Shown here piece by piece: positions 28,797 to 38,913 of a DNA stretch of 64,000 nucleotides (within the stretch, counting starts at the first letter, position 1; the number at the start of each line of letters is the position of its first letter). The notes under the pieces were generated by a model. It did no database searches. It was not told the origin of the DNA and saw only the letters and a list, made by a program, of their open reading frames with translations. Source of the DNA: an uncultured Christensenellaceae bacterium (GTDB lineage Bacteria; Bacillota; Clostridia; Christensenellales; UMGS416); assembly GCA_944376795.1 (NCBI GenBank), contig CALWDW010000001.1, positions 8,915-72,914 on the forward strand, written 5' to 3'. A program made the position numbers and the translations under genes.

Positions 28797-30356
28797 CTAC
28801 TTCACGATCAGGGTTTTTCCGGTCATTTCGGCCGGCTGCTCCATCCCCGAGATGTCCAGCAGAGTGGGCACCACATCGGCCAGTACGCCATCCTTCCGGA
28901 GCGTAACGTCCTTCCGGGCAGGATCGACCAGAATCAGAGGAACAGGATTGGTGGTATGGGCAGTAAAGGGAACCCCCGTCTCCGGATCTACCATCTGGTC
29001 GGCGTTCCCATGATCGGCCGTGATAATGCCGCGGCCACCCTCTTCCAGCAGGGCGTCAATAACCTTACCCACGCAGGTATCCACGGTCTCAATGGCCTTC
29101 ACCGCCGCTTCCATCACACCGGTATGGCCTACCATGTCCGGATTGGCAAAGTTCAGGATGATATAGTCATACTGGCCGGAGTGAATCCTTTCCACAACCT
29201 TCTCCGTCACCTCAGGCGCGGACATTTCGGGCTGCAGATCATAGGTTGCAACTTTGGGGCTGGGAACCAGCACACGATCCTCCCCTTCAAAGGGCGCCTC
29301 TACGCCGCCATTAAAGAAGAAGGTCACGTGGGCATACTTCTCAGTCTCCGCGATACGAAGCTGGGTCTTTCCGTGCGCAGCCAACCAAGCACCCAGTACA
29401 TTATCCAGTTCCTCGCCCAGAGCCTTGCCATCAAAGGCAATCCGCAGGTTCGTAAAAGTGGCGTCATACTGGGTAAAGGATACATACTGTACCGGAATAT
29501 ACCCCTTCTTCCGCGGGAAGTCAGCAAAATCCGGCTCGATGAAGGCGCGCGTAATCTCCCGCGCCCGGTCGGGACGGAAGTTATAGAAGACCATAGAATC
29601 TCCCGGCTGTACCACGGCGACGGGAGCGTCTCCATTCATGACCACCGAAGGCGTAATGAACTCATCTGTGATACCCTCGGCGTAACAGCTCTCCATTGCC
29701 TCCACGGCCGAAGCAACCTGCTTCCCCTCTCCACAGGCGATAGCATCATAAGCCTGGGACACACGCTCCCAGCGCTTGTCACGATCCATGGCATAGTAGC
29801 GGCCCATAACGGTCGCGATGCGGCCCACGCCGATGTCCGCCAGCTTTTCCTCCAACTGGAGGATGTAGTCCTTGCCCGAAGAGGGAGGCACGTCCCGACC
29901 GTCCATAAAGCAGTGAACATAAACCTTGTCCAGACCTTCGCGCTTGGCCATCTCTACCAGAGCATAGAGATGCTCCAAGTGGCTATGCACGCCGCCGTCC
30001 GAACAGAGCCCCATGCAGTGCAGGGCTCCACCGTTTTTCTTCGCCTCCCGCATGGCCCAGAGAAGGCTTTCATTCTTAAAGAACGTTCCATTCTCGATGA
30101 ACATGGAGATGCTGGTCAACGCCTGGTACACGATGCGTCCTGCTCCCAGGTTGGTATGTCCCACCTCGCTGTTTCCCATCTGTCCCCGCGGAAGACCCAC
30201 AGCCAAGCCGCTGGCCTCGATGGTCGTGGTGGGGAATTCCGCCATCAGCTTATCCAAATTGGGCTTCTTCGCGGCGGCAATAGCATTATACCGGGTTACG
30301 GGATTGTAGCCAAAGCCGTCCATAATCATCAAAAGATTGGTGGTTTTCTTACTCAT
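28797..30356 (-). CDS. gpmI: 2,3-bisphosphoglycerate-independent phosphoglycerate mutase
   Basis: LMIMDGFG, QMGNSEVGH, AETEKYAHVTFF, NPDMVGHTG, TADHGNA, TAHT. Confidence 0.97.
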   Translation of the reverse strand: MSKKTTNLLMIMDGFGYNPVTRYNAIAAAKKPNLDKLMAEFPTTTIEASGLAVGLPRGQMGNSEVGHTNLGAGRIVYQALTSISMFIENGTFFKNESLLWAMREAKKNGGALHCMGLCSDGGVHSHLEHLYALVEMAKREGLDKVYVHCFMDGRDVPPSSGKDYILQLEEKLADIGVGRIATVMGRYYAMDRDKRWERVSQAYDAIACGEGKQVASAVEAMESCYAEGITDEFITPSVVMNGDAPVAVVQPGDSMVFYNFRPDRAREITRAFIEPDFADFPRKKGYIPVQYVSFTQYDATFTNLRIAFDGKALGEELDNVLGAWLAAHGKTQLRIAETEKYAHVTFFFNGGVEAPFEGEDRVLVPSPKVATYDLQPEMSAPEVTEKVVERIHSGQYDYIILNFANPDMVGHTGVMEAAVKAIETVDTCVGKVIDALLEEGGRGIITADHGNADQMVDPETGVPFTAHTTNPVPLILVDPARKDVTLRKDGVLADVVPTLLDISGMEQPAEMTGKTLIVK

Positions 30357-30365
30357 AGGTACCTC

Positions 30366-31112
30366 TTAAAAATGTACGATAGCGTTAAAATCGCTGGCAG
30401 TCAGGCTGGCGCCGCCGATGAGCCCGCCGTCGATGTCGGGCTGCGCCATAAGTTCAGCAGCATTGGCAGGCTTCATGGAGCCTCCATACTGGACCCGAAC
30501 CTTCTCAGCCGTTTCGCTTCCGAAAGCTTTGGCAATCTGATCGCGGATGATGGCATTCACCTCATTGGCCTGGGCGCTGGTCGCTGTCTTCCCTGTACCA
30601 ATAGCCCACACAGGCTCATACGCAATCACCAGCTTAGCCACATCTTCTGCGGAAATGCCGGAAAGGGCCTGCATCACCTGATAGCGGACCAAGGTCTCCG
30701 TAACACCAGCTTCACGCTGCTCCAAGGTCTCACCCACGCAGACAATCGGGGTCAAGCCGTGCCGTAGCGCTGCCTTGGTACGCTCATTGACCGTCACATC
30801 GGTCTCACCAAAGTACTGCCGGCGCTCCGAGTGTCCAATGATGACATACTGCACACCCATGGCAGCCAGGGTAGCGGGCGAGGTCTCTCCAGTATAGGCG
30901 CCGCTGTCCTTCATGTGGCAGTTCTGGGCGCCTACCGCGATATTGGTGCCGCGGGTCATCTCCAGCGCGGCGGGCAGGCACACGTCAGGCGTGCAGACAA
31001 CCACATCGCATTGAGCGTCCGCCACGAGAGGAATGAGCTCCTTAATCAGAGCCTCCGCCTCTGCGGGGGTCTTGTTCATCTTCCAGTTGCCTGCAATAAT
31101 CGGTTTACGCAT
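30366..31112 (-). CDS. tpiA: Triose-phosphate isomerase
   Basis: AGNWKMN, IIGHSERR, AYEPVWAIGTG, YGGS, LIGGASL. Confidence 0.97.
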   Translation of the reverse strand: MRKPIIAGNWKMNKTPAEAEALIKELIPLVADAQCDVVVCTPDVCLPAALEMTRGTNIAVGAQNCHMKDSGAYTGETSPATLAAMGVQYVIIGHSERRQYFGETDVTVNERTKAALRHGLTPIVCVGETLEQREAGVTETLVRYQVMQALSGISAEDVAKLVIAYEPVWAIGTGKTATSAQANEVNAIIRDQIAKAFGSETAEKVRVQYGGSMKPANAAELMAQPDIDGGLIGGASLTASDFNAIVHF

Positions 31113-31286
31113 TATAAAAACCTCCTAAGGGCGCGCCGATGCCCGCAGAGAAGCTCTGCGGGCCGGCGAACCAATTTTGTCAACACACATAGAAGAGGGC
31201 TGGACCGCGTGCAAAGGAATTCCGTTTCCCAGCATCCCCTTTTTCACGCAAGGCCTTCCCTCCTTCCATGATTGATATCAGAACCT

Positions 31287-32471
31287 TTACTTATCCATCA
31301 GGCAGGCTACCCCGGGCAGCTCCTTACCCTCCAAGAACTCCAAGGAGGCGCCGCCGCCGGTGGAAATGTGGCTCATCTTATCAGCAAAGCCCAACTGCTC
31401 TACGGCCGCCGCAGAATCGCCGCCGCCGATGATGGTGATGCCATCAACCTCGCTCATCGCCTTGGCAATGGCCTGCGTTCCCACGGCAAAGTTGGGGAAC
31501 TCAAAGACGCCCATGGGGCCGTTCCAAATAACGGTCTTGGCGCCGCGGATCTCGGCAGCAAAGAGCTCCTGGGTCTTGGGGCCGATGTCCATGCCCTCCC
31601 AACCTTCAGGAATTTCATTGCTGTGCACGGTAATGCGCATCGCATCATTGGCAAATTCCTGGGTAGCTTCGTTATCCACAGGAAGAAGGAGCTTTACGCC
31701 CTTCTTCGCCGCCAGCTCCATCATATCCAAGCAGAACTGGAGTCGGTCATTGTCCACCAGGGAGTTTCCGATCTGGCCGCCTTTTGCCTTCTGAAAGGTA
31801 TAGCTCATGCCGCCGCCGATCAGCAGCGTGTCAACCTTATCCAGTAGGTTGGTGATAACTCCCAACTTATCCTTCACCTTGGCGCCGCCCAGAACAGCCA
31901 CAAAGGGACGCTGAGGATTCTCCAGGGCACCGCCCATGAAGTCCAGTTCCTTTCCAATAAGGAATCCAGCCACAGCGGGGAGATAGGCGGCTACGCCCGC
32001 GGTGGAAGCATGCGCACGGTGCGCAGTACCAAAGGCGTCATTCACATAGATTTCCGCCAGGCTGGCCAGAGCCTTCGCGAACTCCGGATCGTTCTTTTCC
32101 TCTTCTTTGTGGAAGCGGACGTTTTCGATCATCATAACTTGTCCATCCTGCAGCTCGGCGGCCATCTTCTTGGCGCAGTCACCGATCACGTCGCATGCCA
32201 AGCCCACAGGCTGGCCCAACAGCTGGCTCAGACGCTCCACACAGGGTTTGAGGGAATACTTCATATTGAACTCACCCTTGGGGCGGCCCAAGTGAGAGCA
32301 GAGAATGACCTTGGCCTGATGCTCCACCAGGTACTTAATGGTGGGCAGAGCGGCGCGGATGCGGTTATCATCGGTGATGACGCCGTTTTCATCCAAAGGC
32401 ACATTGAAGTCTACGCGGACGAGAACGCGCTTGCCAGAGACTTGGATATCTTCGATAGTCTTCTTGTTCAT
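31287..32471 (-). CDS. pgk: Phosphoglycerate kinase
   Basis: [50 protein letters not shown]. Confidence 0.97.
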   Translation of the reverse strand: MNKKTIEDIQVSGKRVLVRVDFNVPLDENGVITDDNRIRAALPTIKYLVEHQAKVILCSHLGRPKGEFNMKYSLKPCVERLSQLLGQPVGLACDVIGDCAKKMAAELQDGQVMMIENVRFHKEEEKNDPEFAKALASLAEIYVNDAFGTAHRAHASTAGVAAYLPAVAGFLIGKELDFMGGALENPQRPFVAVLGGAKVKDKLGVITNLLDKVDTLLIGGGMSYTFQKAKGGQIGNSLVDNDRLQFCLDMMELAAKKGVKLLLPVDNEATQEFANDAMRITVHSNEIPEGWEGMDIGPKTQELFAAEIRGAKTVIWNGPMGVFEFPNFAVGTQAIAKAMSEVDGITIIGGGDSAAAVEQLGFADKMSHISTGGGASLEFLEGKELPGVACLMDK

Positions 32472-32518
32472 GGAATACGCTCCTCCTTGTGCTGCAATCG
32501 ATGGATATGCTTGGAAGT

Positions 32519-32547
32519 ATCATACCACATTTCTTAGCATACCGCAA
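32519..32547 (-). promoter_or_regulatory. Sigma-A promoter of pgk-tpiA-gpmI
   Basis: TTGCGG-17 nt-TATGAT with an extended TG. Confidence 0.65.
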
Positions 32548-32599
32548 CCAGAATCGGAAAACAAGGGCCAAAGCCCGTTATTTTTCCAAACCAAGTCTT

Positions 32600-33088
32600 T
32601 TAATACTCCCTGAGGTGCCCCTCTTCAGCCAGCCCTGGAAAATCCAGCTGGCGGAGCGCCTCATAGCAGACGATGGCCACGGCATTGGAGAGGTTCAGCG
32701 ACCGCGCCTCCGAGATCATAGGAATCCGAACACAGCGGTCATAATGGGCGTGCAGAAGGGCCTCCGGAAGCCCCCGGGTTTCCTTTCCAAATACCAGGTA
32801 GTCTCCGTCCCTGTACTCCGCCTGGGCGTAATTGCGGGCGGCCTTAGTCGTCAGAAAATGCATCCGCGCTTCCTGGTTCTTTTCCAGAAAAACTGCGAGA
32901 TTGTCATAGTGCCGAATATCCAGCAGGCTCCAATAATCCAGCCCGGCGCGCTTGAGATGCTTGTCGTCAATCGAAAAGCCCAGCGGACCCACCAAATGAA
33001 GCACCGAACCCGTCGCCGCGCAGGTGCGAGATATATTGCCGGTATTTTGCGGAATTTCCGGCTCAACAAGCACGATATGCAGGGACAT
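32600..33088 (-). CDS. trmL: tRNA (cytidine/uridine34-2'-O)-methyltransferase (SpoU family)
   Basis: VEPEIPQNTGNI, KRAGLDYW, FGKETRGLP, RSLNLSNAVAI. Confidence 0.93.
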   Translation of the reverse strand: MSLHIVLVEPEIPQNTGNISRTCAATGSVLHLVGPLGFSIDDKHLKRAGLDYWSLLDIRHYDNLAVFLEKNQEARMHFLTTKAARNYAQAEYRDGDYLVFGKETRGLPEALLHAHYDRCVRIPMISEARSLNLSNAVAIVCYEALRQLDFPGLAEEGHLREY

Positions 33089-33186
33089 GCTTCCCACCTC
33101 CGCCGTTAGTATACCACAATTTGACGCAAAAACCAGCCCGCGGGCCTCACCCAATCAGCCGTTTCCTTCCATGTTCCTCCACAGCG

Positions 33187-34443
33187 TCAGCTGCGGACAT
33201 CTTCCTTGGACTCTGTACGTCGATCCATCCGCAGCGAGACCACGCTCAGCACACTGAGGGCGATGGGAAATATGCAGGCCAACGCCATCCCGCACTGGAT
33301 TGATAGACGTTCCAAGGGGATTCCCAGGTGAGACGCCCAGGCGGCGGCGCTCCCGCTGCCCAGGACGGCGTCAGTCACAATACCCACCAGTTGTGGTCCC
33401 ACCGAGGCTCCCAGATCTCCCCCCGCCGCCATCAGCGCAAAAAGCACAACGCCTCCCGCAGGATAGCGAGCCGATGCCACAATCAGGTTTCCGGGCCACA
33501 GCATAGCGGTGCACAGCCCAGTCACGGCACAGGCCGCCAGTCCCACCCACGGAATGCTGAAAAAGGCGGCAGCAAGATAGCAGAGGCTGGCCGATACCGC
33601 GCTGGCTATTAGCACCCTGCCGATATGCTTTCCCCGCTTTGCATACAGGGTACGGCCCAAACCCAGCATTACGGAAAACATAGCCACCCCAAACACATCA
33701 CCCCAAACCTTGGGGATTCCCAGCGCCTGTTCCAAGTAGCTAGAGCTCCACTGGGCCATCACGCACTCGCTGGCTCCCCCCAGGAATATGCAGGCAATGC
33801 ATAGCATACATCCCTTTTCCCGCAGAAGCTGCCAGGTATTGGTGGGTCGCTCGCCAACCTGCAGTGCAGGAAGGTCCGTCTTAATGTAGAGTATCACCGC
33901 CAAGATCGGAAGCACGAGCCACAGCAGGGCCAAATACTGCCAGCTTTCCTGTCCCAAAGCCTGAAGGAACAGTGTGCTGATAATCACCACGCCCACGACG
34001 CCCCAGGCATAGACGGAATGGAGCTTGCTCATCTCGCGCTCTGGGTTTTGGGAAGGAATGGCCGCAATCACAGGGCTGATCAGCACTTCCGACAGGCCTC
34101 CGGACGCAGCAAACAGCAGCGTACCCAACACCAGCCCCGCATAGACCGCCCCAGGGAAAAGCACCGGAGACAAAGCATAGATTAAGAGTCCAGATGCGGT
34201 AAGCACCGGCGTCAGCTTCACCAGCCTGGGGATACTCACCTTATGCGAATAGAAGGAAAGCAGCAGATCCATGACCAGCTGCGTACTAAAATTGATGAGC
34301 ACCAAAAGGCCCAGACGGGTGTAGGATATGCCATACAGCGCCCGAAATGTCAAAAACAGCAGCGGCGATAGGTTCCCTACCACTGACATGGAGAGGTTGG
34401 TGGCATAGCAAGCGCTTTTCAGGCGAGCATAGGATTTTTCCAT
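33187..34443 (-). CDS. MFS transporter (substrate unknown)
   Basis: About 12 hydrophobic segments; MSKLHSVYAWG, FLGGASE, AAGGDLG. Confidence 0.85.
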   Translation of the reverse strand: MEKSYARLKSACYATNLSMSVVGNLSPLLFLTFRALYGISYTRLGLLVLINFSTQLVMDLLLSFYSHKVSIPRLVKLTPVLTASGLLIYALSPVLFPGAVYAGLVLGTLLFAASGGLSEVLISPVIAAIPSQNPEREMSKLHSVYAWGVVGVVIISTLFLQALGQESWQYLALLWLVLPILAVILYIKTDLPALQVGERPTNTWQLLREKGCMLCIACIFLGGASECVMAQWSSSYLEQALGIPKVWGDVFGVAMFSVMLGLGRTLYAKRGKHIGRVLIASAVSASLCYLAAAFFSIPWVGLAACAVTGLCTAMLWPGNLIVASARYPAGGVVLFALMAAGGDLGASVGPQLVGIVTDAVLGSGSAAAWASHLGIPLERLSIQCGMALACIFPIALSVLSVVSLRMDRRTESKEDVRS

Positions 34444-34694
34444 CGTTCGTCCCTCATGTTTTTTCGGCGGCAAATCGCCAGCAGTATTTTACCACACATG
34501 GCAGAGAATGCATAGCAGAATATGCCGTCTCACCGTCTGACCATCCCGGCAAAAAGAGATCTTTTCATGGCTCCATCCAGCATACAATCTGCGGTCACGT
34601 CAAAGCATTCTCGCCGCCCGTTTCCTACTGCAGATGATTCCATCGTTTAAGGGAAAAGGCGCCGTTCATACGACGCCCATGTTTGAATATATAA

Positions 34695-36014
34695 CTACAT
34701 TGCGTTTTCCTTTCGGGAAGCTTCCAACGCCTCAATCCGCCGGTCTCTGCGGAAGAGCAGACATACCCCAATCCCCATAAGCCAGAGTACGGCAAACAGG
34801 CACGCCGCGCCACTGCCCTTCCCTGTGCCAAAACATTGGATTAGGATACTATCAGCGGCCTGTCGCGCCATGAAGGGTCCAAAGACGGAGTCCACCAGGA
34901 ATCCACCCCAGAAATACCCCAAAGGAATTGTGAAGAACTGAAAGGCATTCCTCACTGAAAACACGCGTCCCTGCATAGTCTCCGGAATCGCAAGGCGCAT
35001 CACCGCGTCCAGGTTGGCATTCATCAAGGGAATGGAGATCCACCCCAGAACGGCTCCTGTACACCACGCGGCCAAGCTATGCCCAAAGGCCAAGAAGAAG
35101 TTCTCCGTACACATAGACAGCATCAGGCACAGCCAAATAGTGCGAACCCGGCTTCTGGGCGCGGGGGCTAGGGATGCCAGGATGCTGCCCGCCAGCGTCG
35201 CCACGCCAATCACTGCGTTCACGACTCCCATAACCTGCTCGCCGGCTTCCGGCTTGGAAAGCATCATCGCCGGAAAGGCAGCGTCGTACATGGAAGCCAC
35301 AAGGTTGATGCCAGCCAAAAACAGCATCAAGTGCAGGATCCCCAGGTTCTTACGCAGCCACCGAACGCCTTCTCCCGCACTGCGGAGCAGACTCTCTTTG
35401 CCTGGGTCCGCAGCCTGCGGTTTGATCTTCGGAATCGGAATCCAGATAAGCAATACGACAAAGGCTATAGCAAAGCTGCCTAGGTCGATGGCAACCACCA
35501 TATCCATACCGCCGAGGCCCCACACAGCCGTTGCCAGGACCGGCGTCAGAATCGACCGCACCGCGCCGGATAGGTATCGAAGCCCTCCTACTTTCTGATA
35601 ATACCGAGAAGGCAAAAGCGTGGTAACAGCGACCTCCGAGGCAGGCTGCTGTACGGTATTCATCAGCCCCGAGATGGCGTTAATCACATACAGATGCCAA
35701 AGCTGAAGCTGTCCGGTTTTCAACAGCCACAACAGTGTGAGCGTACTGAGGGCCGCGAGGGCGTCGCAAACCAGCAGCGTCTTTTTCTTGTCCCAGCGGT
35801 CGCTCAGAGCACCCGCGAAGACACTAAATACAATGTAGGGCGCGTAAGTGCACACCATCAGCATGGCCGTCGCCAGCGCGGACCCCTCCGCCGTATAGGA
35901 CTCGATCACCAGCGCGTAACTGGTCATAGCGCTTCCCAAACCTGAAATAAGCTGGGTAGCCCAAAGCAGCAAATAGCTGCGCATTTCCGATATGCTTTTG
36001 AAAATCGATGTCAT
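34695..36014 (-). CDS. MFS efflux pump, Mef/DHA3-like
   Basis: LWATQLISGLGSAMT, GALSDRWDKKKTL motif A, QGRVFS, about 12 TM. Confidence 0.85.
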   Translation of the reverse strand: MTSIFKSISEMRSYLLLWATQLISGLGSAMTSYALVIESYTAEGSALATAMLMVCTYAPYIVFSVFAGALSDRWDKKKTLLVCDALAALSTLTLLWLLKTGQLQLWHLYVINAISGLMNTVQQPASEVAVTTLLPSRYYQKVGGLRYLSGAVRSILTPVLATAVWGLGGMDMVVAIDLGSFAIAFVVLLIWIPIPKIKPQAADPGKESLLRSAGEGVRWLRKNLGILHLMLFLAGINLVASMYDAAFPAMMLSKPEAGEQVMGVVNAVIGVATLAGSILASLAPAPRSRVRTIWLCLMLSMCTENFFLAFGHSLAAWCTGAVLGWISIPLMNANLDAVMRLAIPETMQGRVFSVRNAFQFFTIPLGYFWGGFLVDSVFGPFMARQAADSILIQCFGTGKGSGAACLFAVLWLMGIGVCLLFRRDRRIEALEASRKENAM

Positions 36015-36015
36015 T

Positions 36016-36109
36016 TTGACTTTGCTCCTTTTTTTAATGGTGCAAAAGCAAAGCCAAACAGATCGTTCTTACTCCATGCAGCTCGATCCTATTCAGCCTT
36101 GCATGGAGT
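36016..36109 (-). promoter_or_regulatory. Putative translational attenuator (two hairpins)
   Basis: Stem ACTCCATGCA / TGCATGGAGT (36071-36109), plus stem TTGGCTTTGCTTTT / AAGGAGCAAAGTCAA (36016-36057) that covers the AAGGAG RBS of the MFS gene. Confidence 0.6.
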
Positions 36110-36130
36110 CAAAACAATACAGAGAATCAT
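36089..36130 (-). CDS. Putative leader peptide MILCIVLTPCKAE
   Basis: GGGGAGGGG RBS 5 nt upstream of ATG; 13 codons ending TAG; overlaps hairpin 36071-36109, upstream of an RBS-sequestering hairpin. Confidence 0.55.
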   Translation of the reverse strand: MILCIVLTPCKAE

Positions 36131-36275
36131 CTTTTCCCCTCCCCGCTATTGATTGTGATGCCCTCCTCTCCTATTCCACAAGGAGCGCAACATGAATTCG
36201 GCGCCTTCCTGGCAATCCCCTTTCCCATACGAGCTGCCGCCCGTACAGGAGGAATCTCTCTCCCAAAACAGCTGC

Positions 36276-36307
36276 AAAAAATAGGGGGCTATCTGCGCCC
36301 CCTTTTT
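36276..36307 (-). terminator. Terminator after fhs
   Basis: AGGGGGC / GCCCCCT stem followed by an A-T6 tract on the minus strand. Confidence 0.7.
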
Positions 36308-36324
36308 ACATCTCCTAAAAATGC

Positions 36325-37992
36325 CTAGAACAGACCGACCATTTCCCCGTTCTCCAACACGTCAATAGATTCGGCAGCAGGAACCTTAGGCAGACCCGGC
36401 ATCGTCAAAATCGTGCCGGTATGAATCACCAGGAAGCCCGCGCCGCAGGAAGGAACCACGTCGCGTACTTTGATGGTAAAGTCCGTCGGCGCCCCAAGCT
36501 TCTTGGGATCATCCGAAAGCGAGTACTGGGTTTTGGCAATGCAGATCAGCAATTTGTCCAGGCCCATCTGGGAAATTCGTTCCATCGAAGCCAGCGCTTT
36601 TGCGCTGAACTGGACGGCAGCAGCCCCGTACACCTGCTTGGCCACCGCCTCTACCTTCTCCCTAACCGTCATGGAGGTATCATAGAAGAAGCGGGGAGGC
36701 TGCGGTTCCCTTTGGCAGAGATCCATAACGGTACTGGCCAATTCCAGGCCGCCCTTCCCACCATCAGCCCAAGCCGTCACCAGGTGTGCCTGAACACCGT
36801 GCTGGGCGCAGGCATCCACCAAGCAGGCAATCTCCTCCTCCGCATCGGTGGGGAATCGATTGACCGCCACCACTACAGGGAGCCCAGCGGCACGCATGTT
36901 GTCAACATGCTTGAACAGATTGGGAAGACCTGCCATCAAGGCAGCGCAATCGGGAATACCCAACTTCTCTTTGGCAACACCAGCATGGTGCTTCAGCGCA
37001 CGGATCGTAGCCACCACCACGCAGGCCGAAGGCTTCAGGCCGGCAACACGGCACTTGATGTCCAGGAACTTCTCCGCTCCGAGATCGGCGCCGAAACCAG
37101 CCTCCGTCACTACATAGTCCCCCAGCTTCAGGGCCAAGCGGGTTGCTATGATGCTGTTACAGCCATGGGCGATATTTGCAAAGGGCCCTCCGTGAATCAA
37201 CACCGGCGTGTGCTCCAGCGTCTGAACCAAATTGGGAGCAAGTGCATCCCGCAGAAGGGCAGCCACGGCCCCGGTCGCCCCCAGCTGCCCTGCCGTTACC
37301 GGACGGCCCTGGGTATCATACGCCACAAGGATACGGTTCACCCTAGCCTTGAGGTCAGCCAGATCCCGCGACAGGCAGAAAATCGCCATCATTTCGCTGG
37401 CTGCGGTAATCTGGAAGCCATCCTCTCGGGGAATCCCTCCGGTTTTCCCACCCAATCCACTCTCGATCCGGCGGAGCTGGCGGTCGTTCATATCCAGGCA
37501 GCGCTTCCACAGCACTTGCTGCGGATCAATGGAAAGAGCATTGCCCTGGTAAATATGATTGTCCAGCATAGCAGCGATCAGGTTATTAGCCGCCGTAATG
37601 GCATGCAGATCCCCGGTAAAGTGGAGATTCAGATCCTCCATTGGGACAACCTGGGCGTGGCCGCCGCCGGCCGCCCCGCCCTTGACTCCAAAGACAGGGC
37701 CCAGAGAAGGTTCCCGCAACGCAAGCACCGTGCGCTTCCCCAGCTGGTGCAGAGCATCACCCAGGCCCACCGACATGGTGGTTTTACCCTCTCCAGCCGG
37801 AGTCGGGCTAATAGCAGTTACCAAAATGAGCTTCCCATCCGGCCGATTTGCCAAACGATCTATATTTTTTACGGAAACCTTGGCCTTATAGCGGCCATAG
37901 GGTTCCCAATCTTCCTCCCGGAGTCCTAAGGAACCCGCGATCTCCGAAATGGGACGCATCCGTGCGCTGCGGGCAATTTCAATGTCGGTCAT
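36325..37992 (-). CDS. fhs: Formate-tetrahydrofolate ligase
   Basis: TPAGEGKTT, GVKGGAAGGG, LHFTGDLHAI, HGGPFANIAHGCNS, VTEAGFGADLGAEKF, TMPGLP. Confidence 0.97.
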   Translation of the reverse strand: MTDIEIARSARMRPISEIAGSLGLREEDWEPYGRYKAKVSVKNIDRLANRPDGKLILVTAISPTPAGEGKTTMSVGLGDALHQLGKRTVLALREPSLGPVFGVKGGAAGGGHAQVVPMEDLNLHFTGDLHAITAANNLIAAMLDNHIYQGNALSIDPQQVLWKRCLDMNDRQLRRIESGLGGKTGGIPREDGFQITAASEMMAIFCLSRDLADLKARVNRILVAYDTQGRPVTAGQLGATGAVAALLRDALAPNLVQTLEHTPVLIHGGPFANIAHGCNSIIATRLALKLGDYVVTEAGFGADLGAEKFLDIKCRVAGLKPSACVVVATIRALKHHAGVAKEKLGIPDCAALMAGLPNLFKHVDNMRAAGLPVVVAVNRFPTDAEEEIACLVDACAQHGVQAHLVTAWADGGKGGLELASTVMDLCQREPQPPRFFYDTSMTVREKVEAVAKQVYGAAAVQFSAKALASMERISQMGLDKLLICIAKTQYSLSDDPKKLGAPTDFTIKVRDVVPSCGAGFLVIHTGTILTMPGLPKVPAAESIDVLENGEMVGLF

Positions 37993-38011
37993 GTCCTTCT
38001 CTCCGTCTCCT

Positions 38012-38632
38012 TTAATCGTTCAACGAACGGACGTGCACCGGCGTCGCCAGCCAATCGTCCAAGCCTTCCAAAATAACGTCCGCCAATGCGGGATCCTGAT
38101 ACTCCACAATCATCTCCACCTCATCAAAAATGGTGATGGAAGCGACTCCCAGCCGAGTGGCGCACTCCTGCATGGCTGCCAAGTTCTCCAATTTCAAATG
38201 GGTCGCCACTGTGCAGAATTTATTCAGGTCATCGGTTACCAAGGCCATAAAATCCGCTGGCAAAGACACAGTGAAATCCGCCACATACATCTCTTCCCCT
38301 GCCGGTATAGTCGCCCGAAACTCCTCAATCTCCTCCTGGGAAAGCTCTACGGCGTTTTCATCATAAAAACTGGGATGCAGCCCCATAAAAGCGATAGATT
38401 TCTTCCCTGATAAGGCCGAGAGGAATCCCGAAGCCAACGGAACCACCTGCAGTACGCCATCCAATTCCCGCAGCTCCTTATCATTTTTGACCATTGTATA
38501 CTCCAGAACCTGGTAATGGTTCTCCAAGTTCTGCATCATGGCGCGCAACATGCGCCCCGGAAGCAGACGTCCATCCGGCGCAACGATCTGCACACCGTTC
38601 TCGGCAATCTTTATATCACAACGAAAAGGCAT
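38012..38632 (-). CDS. Hypothetical protein
   Basis: 206-aa acidic open frame with GAGGG RBS; ends 19 bp before the fhs start; no recognised family. Confidence 0.7.
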   Translation of the reverse strand: MPFRCDIKIAENGVQIVAPDGRLLPGRMLRAMMQNLENHYQVLEYTMVKNDKELRELDGVLQVVPLASGFLSALSGKKSIAFMGLHPSFYDENAVELSQEEIEEFRATIPAGEEMYVADFTVSLPADFMALVTDDLNKFCTVATHLKLENLAAMQECATRLGVASITIFDEVEMIVEYQDPALADVILEGLDDWLATPVHVRSLND

Positions 38633-38913
38633 AATAAACCCTCATTTCGATCATAGTATCCGGACTCCGGCCTATTAGGGCGTTCATCTTTTACATTATA
38701 AAGCATTTCCGTGGCAAGGGCAACAGCGTATTCTATAATTTTATGCATTTTTTCTCCATAATTTCCAGAAACACGGCGCCGTCTTCCCTCCCATTGGGAA
38801 ACATAATATAATGGAAACTGTCAGGGTTTTGCCCGCTTCCGCTAAACACCCCTGACACTAAGATCCGTTATTTTTTGATTTCACAACCCAGAGTTCAATT
38901 GGAGGTATTCGCG

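Noticed and set aside
28956-30767. 603-aa plus-strand ORF, and similar long ORFs such as 2656-4167, 22018-23658, 36421-37929 and 55560-56996
   Set aside because: They are antisense shadows of well-supported genes in GC-rich DNA, with no motifs or RBS.
28797-32471. pgk-tpiA-gpmI without gap or eno
   Set aside because: Splitting of the glycolytic operon is common in Clostridia.
38800-38862. Purine-riboswitch-like look (TATAAT...TAAAC...GAC)
   Set aside because: The core junction sequences (UUUCUACC, paired L2/L3 loops) are missing, and the downstream gene is not purine-related.
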